In this document: in pieces, positions 44,901 to 54,557 of the stretch
Layout of the letters: every line of letters starts with the position of its first letter
How positions within the stretch are numbered: the stretch's first letter is position 1
From: Candidatus Micrarchaeota archaeon
GTDB taxonomy: Archaea; Micrarchaeota; Micrarchaeia; Micrarchaeales; CABMGC01
NCBI GenBank assembly: GCA_021801225.1
Contig: JAJYYF010000002.1
Coordinates: forward strand, 317-64,316
Direction: 5' to 3'
DNA length: 64,000 nucleotides
Made by a program: the position numbers and the translations under genes
Notes under the pieces: model-generated
The model's input: the letters and a program-made list of their open reading frames with translations, nothing else
What the model was told of the DNA's origin: nothing
Databases searched by the model: none

Positions 44901-46067
44901 TTGATGAGAGATGTTGCAATAATTGGAATAGGATTAACAAAGTTTGGAGAGCGCTGGGAGCACGGAATGCGTGAGTTAATGGCAGAGGCAGGTGTAAAGG
45001 CCATAACAGATGCCAACATAGGTAGTAAGGATGTTGAGATAGTTTATGGTAGTACTATGGCTTCTGGGAGATTCGTAGGTCAGGAGCACATGGCTGCATT
45101 GCTTGCAGATCAGCTAGGTTTCAAGAACATACCAGCAGTAAGAATTGAGAATGCTTGTGCTAGCGGCGGAAGTGCATTGAGACAGGGATACATGGCCGTA
45201 GCTAGTGGAATGCACAATATAGTGGTTGTAGGGGGTGTAGAGAAGATGACAGACGTAACTACATCAGAGGCTACAACAGCGCTAGGAGGAGCTGGTGATC
45301 AAGAATGGGAGTTATCTCAAGGAATAACATTCCCAGGATTATATGCACTCATGGCTAAAAGACATATGTATGAGTATGGAACTACAGAGGAGCAGCTAGC
45401 AAGCGTAGCTGTAAAGAATCATGAAAATGCGACAAAGAATGAGTATGCACAGTTTAGAAAACCAATCACAATACAAGATGTACTAAACTCAAAGATGGTT
45501 GCCGAGCCATTAAAGGTTTTTGATTGTTCGCCAATATCTGATGGAGCTGCTGTTGTTGTGCTTGCACCTTTAGAGATAGCAAAGAAGTATAATGATACGC
45601 CTATAAAAATAGTAGCCAGTGAACAGGCAAGCGATACTTTAGGATTATCTGAAAGACAGTCATTAACTGAGATAAAGGCTACAAAAATATCTGCACTTAA
45701 TGCGTATAAAAATGCAGGAGTAAAACCATCAGATATAGATGTTGTTGAGGTTCATGACTGCTTTACAATAGCAGAGATCCTTGCGATGGAGGATTTAGGT
45801 TTTTATGAAAAAGGAAAAGCAGCTAAAGCGATATTTGACGGTGAGACAAGGTTAAACTCTAAACTTTCTGTAAACACAAGCGGTGGCTTAAAGGGTTGCG
45901 GACATCCAGTAGGAGCTACAGGAATAAAACAAGCAGTTGAGATTACAATGCAGCTAAGAGGAGAGGCTAAGGGAAGACAGGTGAATGGAGCCGAGATTGG
46001 TATGACCCATAATGTTGGAGGAAGTGGTGCAACTGCTGTTGTCCACATAATGAAAAGAGTTAATTAG
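44901..46067 (+). CDS. Acetyl-CoA C-acetyltransferase (thiolase)
   Basis: Active-site Cys ENACASGGSAL, EVHDCFT, GGLKGCGHPVGATG, NVGGSGAT. ATG at 44904 (the ORF track begins at a TTG). Confidence 0.9.
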   Translation: MMRDVAIIGIGLTKFGERWEHGMRELMAEAGVKAITDANIGSKDVEIVYGSTMASGRFVGQEHMAALLADQLGFKNIPAVRIENACASGGSALRQGYMAVASGMHNIVVVGGVEKMTDVTTSEATTALGGAGDQEWELSQGITFPGLYALMAKRHMYEYGTTEEQLASVAVKNHENATKNEYAQFRKPITIQDVLNSKMVAEPLKVFDCSPISDGAAVVVLAPLEIAKKYNDTPIKIVASEQASDTLGLSERQSLTEIKATKISALNAYKNAGVKPSDIDVVEVHDCFTIAEILAMEDLGFYEKGKAAKAIFDGETRLNSKLSVNTSGGLKGCGHPVGATGIKQAVEITMQLRGEAKGRQVNGAEIGMTHNVGGSGATAVVHIMKRVN

Positions 46068-46074
46068 TGATAAA

Positions 46075-46470
46075 ATGGAAAAAGCATCTGCAAGCGCATG
46101 GAGAAAGTTCAGCGCTAGATATAATATGATAGGCAATGTTTGTAAAACATGCAATACCAAGTACTTTCCACCGAGAATAGTTTGTAAGAATTGTGGAAGG
46201 AACACAAAAATGGAAAGTTTTGCGTTTACAGGAAATGGAGAGATATTTTCATTTACTAAAATACATGTTCCATCCGAAGCATTCAAAGAAAGTGCGCCTT
46301 ATGTCATAGGAGTTATAAAACTGGATGAAGGACCATTAGTAGAGGGACATATAGTCGAGAGTTCAAAAGAGCCACAGATAGGTGCAAAGGTAAAACAGGT
46401 GTTCAGAAGGATGTATACAGACGGAGAGGAAGGCCTTATAACTTATCACTTTAAGTTTGAACTTATTTGA
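46075..46470 (+). CDS. DUF35 OB-fold/zinc-ribbon protein (thiolase/HMGCS complex scaffold)
   Basis: Zn ribbon CKTCNTKYFPPRIVCKNCG followed by an OB-fold. Conserved third gene of the archaeal trio. SD AGTGATAAA-ATG. Confidence 0.85.
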   Translation: MEKASASAWRKFSARYNMIGNVCKTCNTKYFPPRIVCKNCGRNTKMESFAFTGNGEIFSFTKIHVPSEAFKESAPYVIGVIKLDEGPLVEGHIVESSKEPQIGAKVKQVFRRMYTDGEEGLITYHFKFELI

Positions 46471-46506
46471 ATTATACAGAATTAATTATTTCATTTTTAT
46501 TTTTTA

Positions 46507-47349
46507 TTAATTCCTTTTTATAGACAACATGTTTAAAACAGTAAAGGCATGAAAAGCTTCCGTAAGAACTCCCTCTAAAGTATCAAACGTTGAGATTGAA
46601 GAGCTTAGTAAATACCCCTCACTTTTTACAATGCCCTCTGTAAAAAGCTTTAATGTCGCAACCGTTATTACTACATCAGGATATATTCTTTTGTTATCGT
46701 TTGAAACATAAAGTATACCTGATTCATTTTTACCTACCTTTTCTTCTAATGTATTTAATATTTTTTGAGCTTTTTTAGGTTGTCCATTGATTGCTTCTGC
46801 TATTCCTTTGATTAAATTTGGATATGAAAGGACTGTGTACTGATTATTAACACTGGTGAACAGACCATTTCTGTCCTTTTGATAACCATTTAATTTCATT
46901 AATCTAATTGATTCATCTTTGTTTCCTGAAAAGAACTCAAGAATAGAAACAAATAAATCTGCAACCTGACTCCTGTCTTCAGATGAGATATTTAAAGGAT
47001 AATGCCCTTTTTTATCCTTTTGCTTATGTATGCTTTCAAGAATATTTTTAGATTCTTCTTTATTATCATTAAAATAATTTATAACTCCAATTAATGCATT
47101 CAGATGTATCTTCTTTTCTTTGGTTCCTGCTGTTGCATAAAGCCCATCAGAATCCTTATAAAATAATTTTTGGATTTCATTTAAAGAGCTTGAAACTTTA
47201 TCCATATACTTTTCATTTATTTCTATAGTCCTACTAAGAATGGCTTCAATCTCGCTAGTGCTGTGCCTTTGAAGAGACTGAATATCTTTAGTTTTAGATT
47301 CTTTATCCTCCAAACTTCTTAAATTTGAAGATACACTACTCACTACCAT
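46507..47349 (-). CDS. Hypothetical protein with about four ~47-aa repeats (alpha/alpha-toroid, prenyltransferase-like pattern, tentative)
   Basis: KDSDGLYATAG..LNALIGVINYF / KDKKGHYPLN..VADLFVSILEFF / KDRNGLFTSV..PNLIKGIAEAI / KNESGILYVS..VVITVATLKLF. Confidence 0.45.
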   Translation of the reverse strand: MVVSSVSSNLRSLEDKESKTKDIQSLQRHSTSEIEAILSRTIEINEKYMDKVSSSLNEIQKLFYKDSDGLYATAGTKEKKIHLNALIGVINYFNDNKEESKNILESIHKQKDKKGHYPLNISSEDRSQVADLFVSILEFFSGNKDESIRLMKLNGYQKDRNGLFTSVNNQYTVLSYPNLIKGIAEAINGQPKKAQKILNTLEEKVGKNESGILYVSNDNKRIYPDVVITVATLKLFTEGIVKSEGYLLSSSISTFDTLEGVLTEAFHAFTVLNMLSIKRN

Positions 47350-47571
47350 TTACCCACCGAATATAATCCCCAGTATTAATTGAGTAGAAAAAATTAAATA
47401 GCTATTTATTTCTGTTTTTTTGTTGATTTTGATTTTATAGATAAATCTTTGAGTAAAGTCTCTTTAGACTTCATTCCCTTAAAAACTATTATAGCCGCTT
47501 TATTTTTTTTAATAATGGACATATTATCAATTTTTATACAATAAAAAGGTATTTAAACTTAAATTAAAAAT

Positions 47572-49785
47572 TCATAAACTTAAAAATTTTCTAAATAAAC
47601 CAATATTTAACATGGCTAGATTTCTTATCCTTGGATTAGTATTGTTGAATAAATAAGTTATGTCGTTGTCACTAAGAATCTCCTCTACACCATTTCTTGA
47701 GACTATTGCTTCTACCATTTTTGTATTAGGAGTTTTAATATACATAGATAACTCATCGTAATTGAATACTACTCCTTTATTTTTTATTAAACCGGTTATT
47801 ATAGACTCTAACTCTTTTGTTCTTTTATTGACATCGAGATAATCTGTTATAAATTGATTTAATTTATCAGTACCTAATTTTTTGATAACAGATTCATTAG
47901 ACATTAAAATTGATAAGGTATTTTCAAACTTTGAAAAGTTACTTCCAGGTGCAATTAATGAATTGATATTGCTTTTACTGAGAACATTTAGTAACGCTGG
48001 ATTACCGGATATATAATTAGCAACATCGTATTTATTCAAAAAAACCATTACTTTAGATTTTGTGATGTACTTAATAAGTTCAGGATTTAAAAATGCATTA
48101 AATAGGTTGTTATCAATTTGTGATGGAGCTGTTTTTTCATTAAAATTTGCTAAGATAAATTGATTGGCTAATCTTCTTTTCAATTTTTCAGATAAATTGC
48201 TATTCGGACCGAAAAGATCTACATTATTTGAGATAAAAAATGGATTAGTTGTTCTAAATAGGAAGTTACTACTATTAACATCTAAATAAGTTTCATTTAT
48301 TTTGTCTAAGAATTTATTTTGTGCTAAACCTACTTTATTAAGAGTAGGATTTGATAATAAAACGCCTAAACTTGATTCCGGAATTTTATTTAAAAGTTCG
48401 TGATTCATAGTAACTAGTTCATTTGACATATTATTAGTGAATAACTCTATTGCCTGCATTCTATTCAGATTTTTTGCTGCCATAGGAGTCTCTGAGACAA
48501 ATTTTCTTAAGGATGGTATTTTTAGTGTAGAGTCTAATTGATTACTATTGATAGAACTCCAAAACATTTCAGATCCTTTTAAACCATTGACAAATGAGTT
48601 TGCATTAAATCGTATAAAATTACTATTACTTGAAGGACTATTAAATTTCTGAACTGCATCGTTAAATAACTTGAATATGTCATGATTATTTTTAACTAGT
48701 ATCTCTATTGTTTTTTTGTTCTTTGCAAGACCATTTATGGCTTCTGCGGAATACTTCCCACCGGCTAACTTAGATACTTTACCTTCTGAAGCTGATTTGA
48801 AAATGCTAAATATCTTTTGGGCCGCTAACTCCTCTATTTTTTCTTGAGTTCTTGGACCACTTATGTTTTTCTTTTTGAATTGTGACTCTCCTATAGTATT
48901 AATAATATCAGGATTAGAAAAAACTCCTTCGATTACTCCAGGACTTACTGCTTTTTTATCTATAGTGCCTTTGTTTAATAAGGTTAAAATATCATCTTGT
49001 CCTAAAAGTTTAATTACTGGACTTTCAGATACCATTTTTGAAATTCTAGGATTTTTATTTATTAATAATTCCTTTACTGTATCCTTAGTTAGTGCAGAGT
49101 TCATATCGGATGAGTTTACAATAGATCCTACTAATTTTTCATCATTTGCATTTTTTAAAATGTCATTTAATTTAACTTTTTCTTGATTAGATAACTCGTG
49201 TAATCTTCCTTTATCTTCTCTTTCTGGATTACTTACAACTTCAGAGCTTCTACGAAGTTCATTTAATTCCAATAAACCTTTTAAAAATAACTCAGAATCT
49301 CCATTAAGAAGTAACTCTTTATCTAGATTTATTTTAGTTAGAGCTTTGTTAACTTGTGTAGGTAATAATGAAACAAATGATTGAGCATCTGATGCTTTTT
49401 CTAAAACATCATTAAGGTGCATATGTAATTTTTTTGTAACTCCATTTGCAGTGACATTTATATTCCTTATATCTACATAATCCACTTTCATGGAGTGTGT
49501 TTTTGCAGCGGCTTCTACACCTTTATTTGCTTCGTTTTGAAGTTTCTCTAATTCTTTAGCATCAACAGGTTTCATGTTTTCTGATAGAATTGAGATTTTA
49601 GCGTGCATGTGTAAGTTTAATTCATTAATTTTATCTGCAATTTTTTCATCTTTATTTTGTTGATAAGCACTACAAAGCTTAAGTATTGCTTCTTTTTCTT
49701 TTTCCAACTCAGCATATAAGTTTTTATGAATCTGTGCTATGCCTTGATCTGCTTTTGGTCCTTTTGTTGGAGTTACGGTTGCCAT
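47572..49785 (-). CDS. Large hypothetical helical protein (737 aa), no signal peptide
   Basis: Coiled-coil-like N-terminus, then many x-NP-x-(I/L) helical units (NKNPRISKMV, FSNPDIINTI, LSNPTLNKVG, FLNPELIKYI, SGNPALLNVL, NTNPRIRNLA). Confidence 0.55.
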   Translation of the reverse strand: MATVTPTKGPKADQGIAQIHKNLYAELEKEKEAILKLCSAYQQNKDEKIADKINELNLHMHAKISILSENMKPVDAKELEKLQNEANKGVEAAAKTHSMKVDYVDIRNINVTANGVTKKLHMHLNDVLEKASDAQSFVSLLPTQVNKALTKINLDKELLLNGDSELFLKGLLELNELRRSSEVVSNPEREDKGRLHELSNQEKVKLNDILKNANDEKLVGSIVNSSDMNSALTKDTVKELLINKNPRISKMVSESPVIKLLGQDDILTLLNKGTIDKKAVSPGVIEGVFSNPDIINTIGESQFKKKNISGPRTQEKIEELAAQKIFSIFKSASEGKVSKLAGGKYSAEAINGLAKNKKTIEILVKNNHDIFKLFNDAVQKFNSPSSNSNFIRFNANSFVNGLKGSEMFWSSINSNQLDSTLKIPSLRKFVSETPMAAKNLNRMQAIELFTNNMSNELVTMNHELLNKIPESSLGVLLSNPTLNKVGLAQNKFLDKINETYLDVNSSNFLFRTTNPFFISNNVDLFGPNSNLSEKLKRRLANQFILANFNEKTAPSQIDNNLFNAFLNPELIKYITKSKVMVFLNKYDVANYISGNPALLNVLSKSNINSLIAPGSNFSKFENTLSILMSNESVIKKLGTDKLNQFITDYLDVNKRTKELESIITGLIKNKGVVFNYDELSMYIKTPNTKMVEAIVSRNGVEEILSDNDITYLFNNTNPRIRNLAMLNIGLFRKFLSL

Positions 49786-49824
49786 TTAATCAATAATATT
49801 AATAATAAAGTATATGCTATTTAA

Positions 49825-50733
49825 ATGTTTGTATATATGTATATTGCTGTTTTGATGAAGCTACTTAGAAAACTTAAAAGCATCTTGAAGCTTACTAGAG
49901 CAGAGCATAGTTTTATGCTGATAATCGCAGTTCTTGCTGGAGAGTTGATAGTTTATAACAATAACTTTCCAGGGTATATTGCAGTTATAGCAAGTTTAAT
50001 AACACCTATTTTTATAAGCATGGCTTCATTTGCAATAAATGATTACTTTGATATTGAGGTAGATAAAGAAAATAATAAAAAAACAGCACCGTTAGTTTCC
50101 GGCGAGTTAACAAAAAATGATGCGCTATTGATAACAATAATTACACTGATTATTGGAGTTCTTGCCAGTGTTTTCATAAATTATTATGCACTTATTATTG
50201 CGATTATTTTTGCGGTACTTGCAGTACTTTATAGTTATAAACTTAAAGAGATACTTTTAGTAGGTAATATATACATTGCATTTTCTATGGCAATCCCGTT
50301 TATATATGGTAATTTTGTTATAACAGATAAACTATCAACTACTATTTTAATAGTCAGCTTTATGGTTTTCCTAAGCGGATTAGCAAGGGAGATACACGGC
50401 ACAATTAGAGATTTGAAAGGAGATATTAAAAGAAAGGTTAACTCACTTCCTAGAGTAATAGGTATTGAATTATCTGCTGTTGTTGCCGCATTATTATACG
50501 TCATTGCGATATTTCTAAGTTTTTACTTATTTCTTTTTGAATTAAAGTTCCACAGTTTTGTTTATTTAGGATTTATAATAATTACAGATTTAATGGTATT
50601 ATATGTGTCAATAGTATATTTAACAAGAAAGAGAAATAAATTTTATAAGTTATTAAGAAATATATCTTTACTTGCACTTACTATAGCATTGTTTGGAATA
50701 CTTTTTGCGCCTATTACATTTTTTGCTTTTTAG
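49825..50733 (+). CDS. UbiA-family prenyltransferase, likely digeranylgeranylglyceryl phosphate synthase
   Basis: First Asp-rich motif NDYFDIEVDKEN; second region REIHGTIRDLKGD; 8-9 TM helices. Start could be 49825, 49837 or 49855. Confidence 0.7.
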   Translation: MFVYMYIAVLMKLLRKLKSILKLTRAEHSFMLIIAVLAGELIVYNNNFPGYIAVIASLITPIFISMASFAINDYFDIEVDKENNKKTAPLVSGELTKNDALLITIITLIIGVLASVFINYYALIIAIIFAVLAVLYSYKLKEILLVGNIYIAFSMAIPFIYGNFVITDKLSTTILIVSFMVFLSGLAREIHGTIRDLKGDIKRKVNSLPRVIGIELSAVVAALLYVIAIFLSFYLFLFELKFHSFVYLGFIIITDLMVLYVSIVYLTRKRNKFYKLLRNISLLALTIALFGILFAPITFFAF

Positions 50734-51181
50734 GTAGTTTATCCTGAGATTTATATTTGAACACTTTTCTTAATCTTTCTACTTCTTCTTTGTATTTTTC
50801 TGGACTAAGACGAGTTACCTTTTCTATATTTTTATAAACATTGTTTACATCTTCGCTTTCTTTTTTATTTCGAGGAAGTATGTGGGTATGTAAATGAGGT
50901 ATACTCATTCCTGAAAAAGGACCGACCTGTGTTATTAAGTTATAAGATATTGATTCGTCTCCGTAAATACTAATTAACTTAGGTATAACAATTTTTAATA
51001 TATAAAGCATATCTTGTATCTCGTCTTTTGTTAAATCAATAAAAGAAACAACATGTCTTTTAGGTATCAATAAAGAATGACCCTCTACAACAGGCGAGAT
51101 GTCATATGCAACTATAAAGTAATTACTTTCGAAGTACACACCGTCATAGATTGCATTAGTACAAAAGACATCATCTTTCAA
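50714..51181 (-). CDS. HIT family (histidine triad) hydrolase
   Basis: HSLLIPKRH and the histidine triad IPHLHTHILPR. The 3' end overlaps the convergent UbiA gene by 20 nt. Confidence 0.85.
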   Translation of the reverse strand: MKDDVFCTNAIYDGVYFESNYFIVAYDISPVVEGHSLLIPKRHVVSFIDLTKDEIQDMLYILKIVIPKLISIYGDESISYNLITQVGPFSGMSIPHLHTHILPRNKKESEDVNNVYKNIEKVTRLSPEKYKEEVERLRKVFKYKSQDKLPKKQKM

Positions 51182-51187
51182 AAGTAC

Positions 51188-53086
51188 TTACCTTTTTATA
51201 GTATTTTTTTTGCTTTTGTTTTGAGTTGATGGTTTATTTTGCGCCAATACCAATGCTTTTCTTAATGAAAATTCTTTTGCTATTGAGTATATTAATGCAA
51301 TTAATAGAACCACTACCATTAATATTATCAACTCGATAGATGTTTGTATATTTGATATTGATTGCTTTAGTGAGTTTATTTGATTTGCTTCTTGTCCTAT
51401 TAACCCAAGAAGTTGATCCTCTTGTAATGATGATGACAATGGAGTAGTTGCATTAATTGTAGTCATATTGTTTTCAAGAACATTATCTAAATTACTTATA
51501 CTTCTTGCAATTAAGCCTAACTGATATGCAGTAGTTAGATATGATGTTGATGTTAAGTTTTTAGTTAATGCTGCTTGTTCTGCATAAAATGCAGCAGAGT
51601 TTCCATAAGCTACAGGCCAGATACCATTTAATGAGTTATTTAATGAAGACAATAGTGTTGAGGTATTGTATTGGGATGCATTGGTAAAGTTATTCTGTGC
51701 AATCAAATAGTATAAGGAGTATAAAGCAGAACCATACTCACTATTGTTATAGCTATTGAGTGCAGCTCCATAATACATAGATTGAGAGTCATTAAGACCT
51801 GTTATTTTTAAATATTTATTTGTTAATTGTTTTATCCCTGAGTTAAAAATATATGGAGTAGTACTGTTTGAGATATTGTTTATTTGTGATGCCTGGGAAA
51901 ATAAGTTGTTTGTTGCGCCACACCAAGCGATTGATTCTCCTATTGTTCCTATTGCTTCAACTATATTATCTGTTGATTGTGATGCATTCAACTCTTGATT
52001 TGCAGTTATAAGATTCTGCTGTGCCCATGACTGTCTAGCCTCACCACCTATTATATATTGATAATTTTCCGGTGTCATTATTGGAGGCGTTAAACTATTA
52101 CAATAATTCAAAACTGTATTATAGAGTTTATATGCTTTTGGTAAAGTGTAATTATCTGAGTTTGCATAGATAAATGCATTTATGTATTCGATAAATGATG
52201 AATCTGCTGCAGTGTAACCATAACCTTTTAATGCTATTTTTTTATAAGTCGATAACTCAGAATAAAATTGAGTTTTTAGTGAAGAAAAGTTGTTTGGTAT
52301 ACTATTTATTTCAGAGGTTGTTGTGTTTATTGTGTAGTTGACTAAATTGTTAAAGTATGATTCATTGCAGTTGCAATTGAATGGTGCATTTGGAATCTGA
52401 GTTAGTGAAAAATTACTTGCAGAGATATTATAATTTAATGGGGATACTTTTGGAGATTGTCCATAAAATACATAAGGTATTGCCTGCGAGACATTAGCTA
52501 CTTCTATAATAGGTATATTGTTTAATTGCTGAGCTATATAATAAAGTGTATCCTCAAAACTACCATTTTGAACATATGGTGCAAGGACATAGCTTAAACC
52601 ATAACTTTTTGCTGAAGAAACTTTATCAGTTATTCCACCAATAGGACCTACATCACCATTACTTGATATTGTTCCGGTCAATGTGAAGTTTTGTTTTATA
52701 GGTTTACTGCTTAGACCCGATATTGCAAGAACTGTGAATGCTAAACCACCGCTTGGTCCAGTGACGTTTGACGTGTTATCATTTATAGTATATGTAAAAT
52801 TAAAGTTAGATTCATTCAGATTCAAATATTTTGTAGCATAGTTAACTCCTGTAATCGCTGATTGAATAGTACTTTGACCTACGTGTTGTGGCCCTAATAT
52901 TTTAACACTGCCATTTCCAGAACTTACATTAAGGGTGATTATGCTTATTATGCCAGTATCAGTATTTCCTAAAACTGCTGGAACATGTATTGATGTAGTA
53001 TATGCTTGCGTTAATCCAAAAAATAAAGTTGCAAAAAGTATCGAGATAAAAAACAAGCTAATCCTAGGTATATATAATTTTGACAT
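51188..53086 (-). CDS. Membrane-bound extracytoplasmic protein with Lon/S16-like serine protease domain
   Basis: N-terminal TM. VTGPSGGLAFTVLAISGLSSKPIKQNFTLTGTISSNGDVGPIGGITDKVSSAKSYGLSYVLAP aligns by eye with Lon proteolytic-domain DGPSAG..MTGEI..G.V.PIGG..EK..AA (Ser-Lys dyad candidates present). Long sequon-rich region; C-terminal TM plus basic tail. Confidence 0.65.
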   Translation of the reverse strand: MSKLYIPRISLFFISILFATLFFGLTQAYTTSIHVPAVLGNTDTGIISIITLNVSSGNGSVKILGPQHVGQSTIQSAITGVNYATKYLNLNESNFNFTYTINDNTSNVTGPSGGLAFTVLAISGLSSKPIKQNFTLTGTISSNGDVGPIGGITDKVSSAKSYGLSYVLAPYVQNGSFEDTLYYIAQQLNNIPIIEVANVSQAIPYVFYGQSPKVSPLNYNISASNFSLTQIPNAPFNCNCNESYFNNLVNYTINTTTSEINSIPNNFSSLKTQFYSELSTYKKIALKGYGYTAADSSFIEYINAFIYANSDNYTLPKAYKLYNTVLNYCNSLTPPIMTPENYQYIIGGEARQSWAQQNLITANQELNASQSTDNIVEAIGTIGESIAWCGATNNLFSQASQINNISNSTTPYIFNSGIKQLTNKYLKITGLNDSQSMYYGAALNSYNNSEYGSALYSLYYLIAQNNFTNASQYNTSTLLSSLNNSLNGIWPVAYGNSAAFYAEQAALTKNLTSTSYLTTAYQLGLIARSISNLDNVLENNMTTINATTPLSSSLQEDQLLGLIGQEANQINSLKQSISNIQTSIELIILMVVVLLIALIYSIAKEFSLRKALVLAQNKPSTQNKSKKNTIKR

Positions 53087-53136
53087 AATTATTTATTTAC
53101 AAGGAATATTTAAATTACTTTCTATTAATATAGGTA

Positions 53137-54537
53137 TTGAATAAGATGAAATTAAATTATAGAGGACAAAAAAAGATAAAACTGCAAAGTGTTATGGAGT
53201 ATTTAATAACGCATATGTGGGCTTTATTAATAATAGCAATAGCTTTGGCCGCTCTTTTTGAACTTGGAATTTTTACACCATCTCCACCACAGCAATGTAT
53301 ATTATCAGACGGATTAGTTTGTAAAAATTTTTTTATCAACTCACAAGGTTCATTGACCATTCAGGTATTTAATAGCGGTACAACTCCAATGAACATAACA
53401 GGAGTAGCTTGTTATCAGAATTCTTCAGATATAGTCTATCAAAAAGAAGGAAATATAAATGGACAGGTGGCTTTGTCTCCAGGAGGTACTGTTATATTAT
53501 ATACAAATTGCTATGGAAGTAACAATAACGTCTATACATCAAGTTATGGCTCTTTTTATGGAGGTGATTTATCCATAACATTTATAGATTCTAGAACAGG
53601 TATTTCAGGAGATAGTTATGGGAGTATATCTGTAATTACAAAAAACGGAGCTGTAAATAACCAAGCAGGTATTATGTATTCTGTTTCAGTTACTTTAACA
53701 AATACAGAGAGTTCACCAACGCCTAATAACTTTCAACAAGAAATAGTAATAAACCCATCAAGTTATGCGCAGTACGGACTAAACGCAAACTTAAGTAATT
53801 TAGAGTTTAGTACCAATCCATATGGAGGTGGTACGCCTATATATTCTTGGATTGCAAATGGTTCAAGTATTACCTCAACAAAATCAGTAATTTGGGTTAA
53901 TTTACCAAGTGTTATATCTGCAAATGGTGGTACAGAAACTATTTACATGAACTTCTTTTCCAATAACAATCCGATATTATCTGGTTATACAGGTTACGCA
54001 CCGCAACTTTACTGTTCAACCGGTTGTTTCCAGACTGCGTATGGAGAGTATGACAATGGTGGAGATGTTTTCCCTACATATAGTAATTTTAAAGGGACAA
54101 CGTTAAGCTCTATATTTTACTCACCGCAAAGTTGTTCTAGTGGTTTAAGTATAGACAATGGTTACACTATGAATACATTTTATTGTGGAAATTATCAATA
54201 TCAAGCGTTAGCACATTTAAATTTACCACAAGGATATGGTGGAATTCTTCTATCGAATGTTGAGTCCATTAGTGGACCAAGTGGTGGAAGTGGAGTTATC
54301 TGGTGTTGGTTATTAAATGGAGGTTGTCAAGCGGGTGGAGAGGTAACTCAGGACCCAGTTCAAATAATTTCAGAACCGCCAACATCTGGAGAATCACTTT
54401 ATACAATAGACTCACTTTCAGCAAACTCTATAACCGATTACAGAACATTTACACTGAGTTATTTAGGTATTGCAAGTTATCCACCAAGTGGTCAGATGCC
54501 TAATGTAAATTGTAATGTAGGCGTATGCAGCAATTAA
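53137..54537 (+). CDS. Surface protein: class III signal peptide/pilin-like N-module plus DUF2341-like domain
   Basis: KKIKLQSVMEYLITHMWALLIIAIALAALFELGIF. Cys-paired head module. Then QQEIVINPSSYAQYGLNANLSNLEFS..PIYSWIANGSS..SVIWVNLPSVISANGGTETIYMNFFSNNNP, the DUF2341-type pattern. Confidence 0.7.
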   Translation: MNKMKLNYRGQKKIKLQSVMEYLITHMWALLIIAIALAALFELGIFTPSPPQQCILSDGLVCKNFFINSQGSLTIQVFNSGTTPMNITGVACYQNSSDIVYQKEGNINGQVALSPGGTVILYTNCYGSNNNVYTSSYGSFYGGDLSITFIDSRTGISGDSYGSISVITKNGAVNNQAGIMYSVSVTLTNTESSPTPNNFQQEIVINPSSYAQYGLNANLSNLEFSTNPYGGGTPIYSWIANGSSITSTKSVIWVNLPSVISANGGTETIYMNFFSNNNPILSGYTGYAPQLYCSTGCFQTAYGEYDNGGDVFPTYSNFKGTTLSSIFYSPQSCSSGLSIDNGYTMNTFYCGNYQYQALAHLNLPQGYGGILLSNVESISGPSGGSGVIWCWLLNGGCQAGGEVTQDPVQIISEPPTSGESLYTIDSLSANSITDYRTFTLSYLGIASYPPSGQMPNVNCNVGVCSN

Positions 54538-54557
54538 TTATAGTTTTTTAAAAAAAA

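Noticed and set aside
47406-47522. A 38-aa basic ORF (MSIIKKNKAAIIVFKGMKSKETLLKDLSIKSKSTKKQK) between the two hypothetical genes
   Set aside because: It has a plausible A/T-rich promoter-like upstream sequence but no recognisable family. It is too short to support from sequence alone, so it is mentioned only as a candidate.
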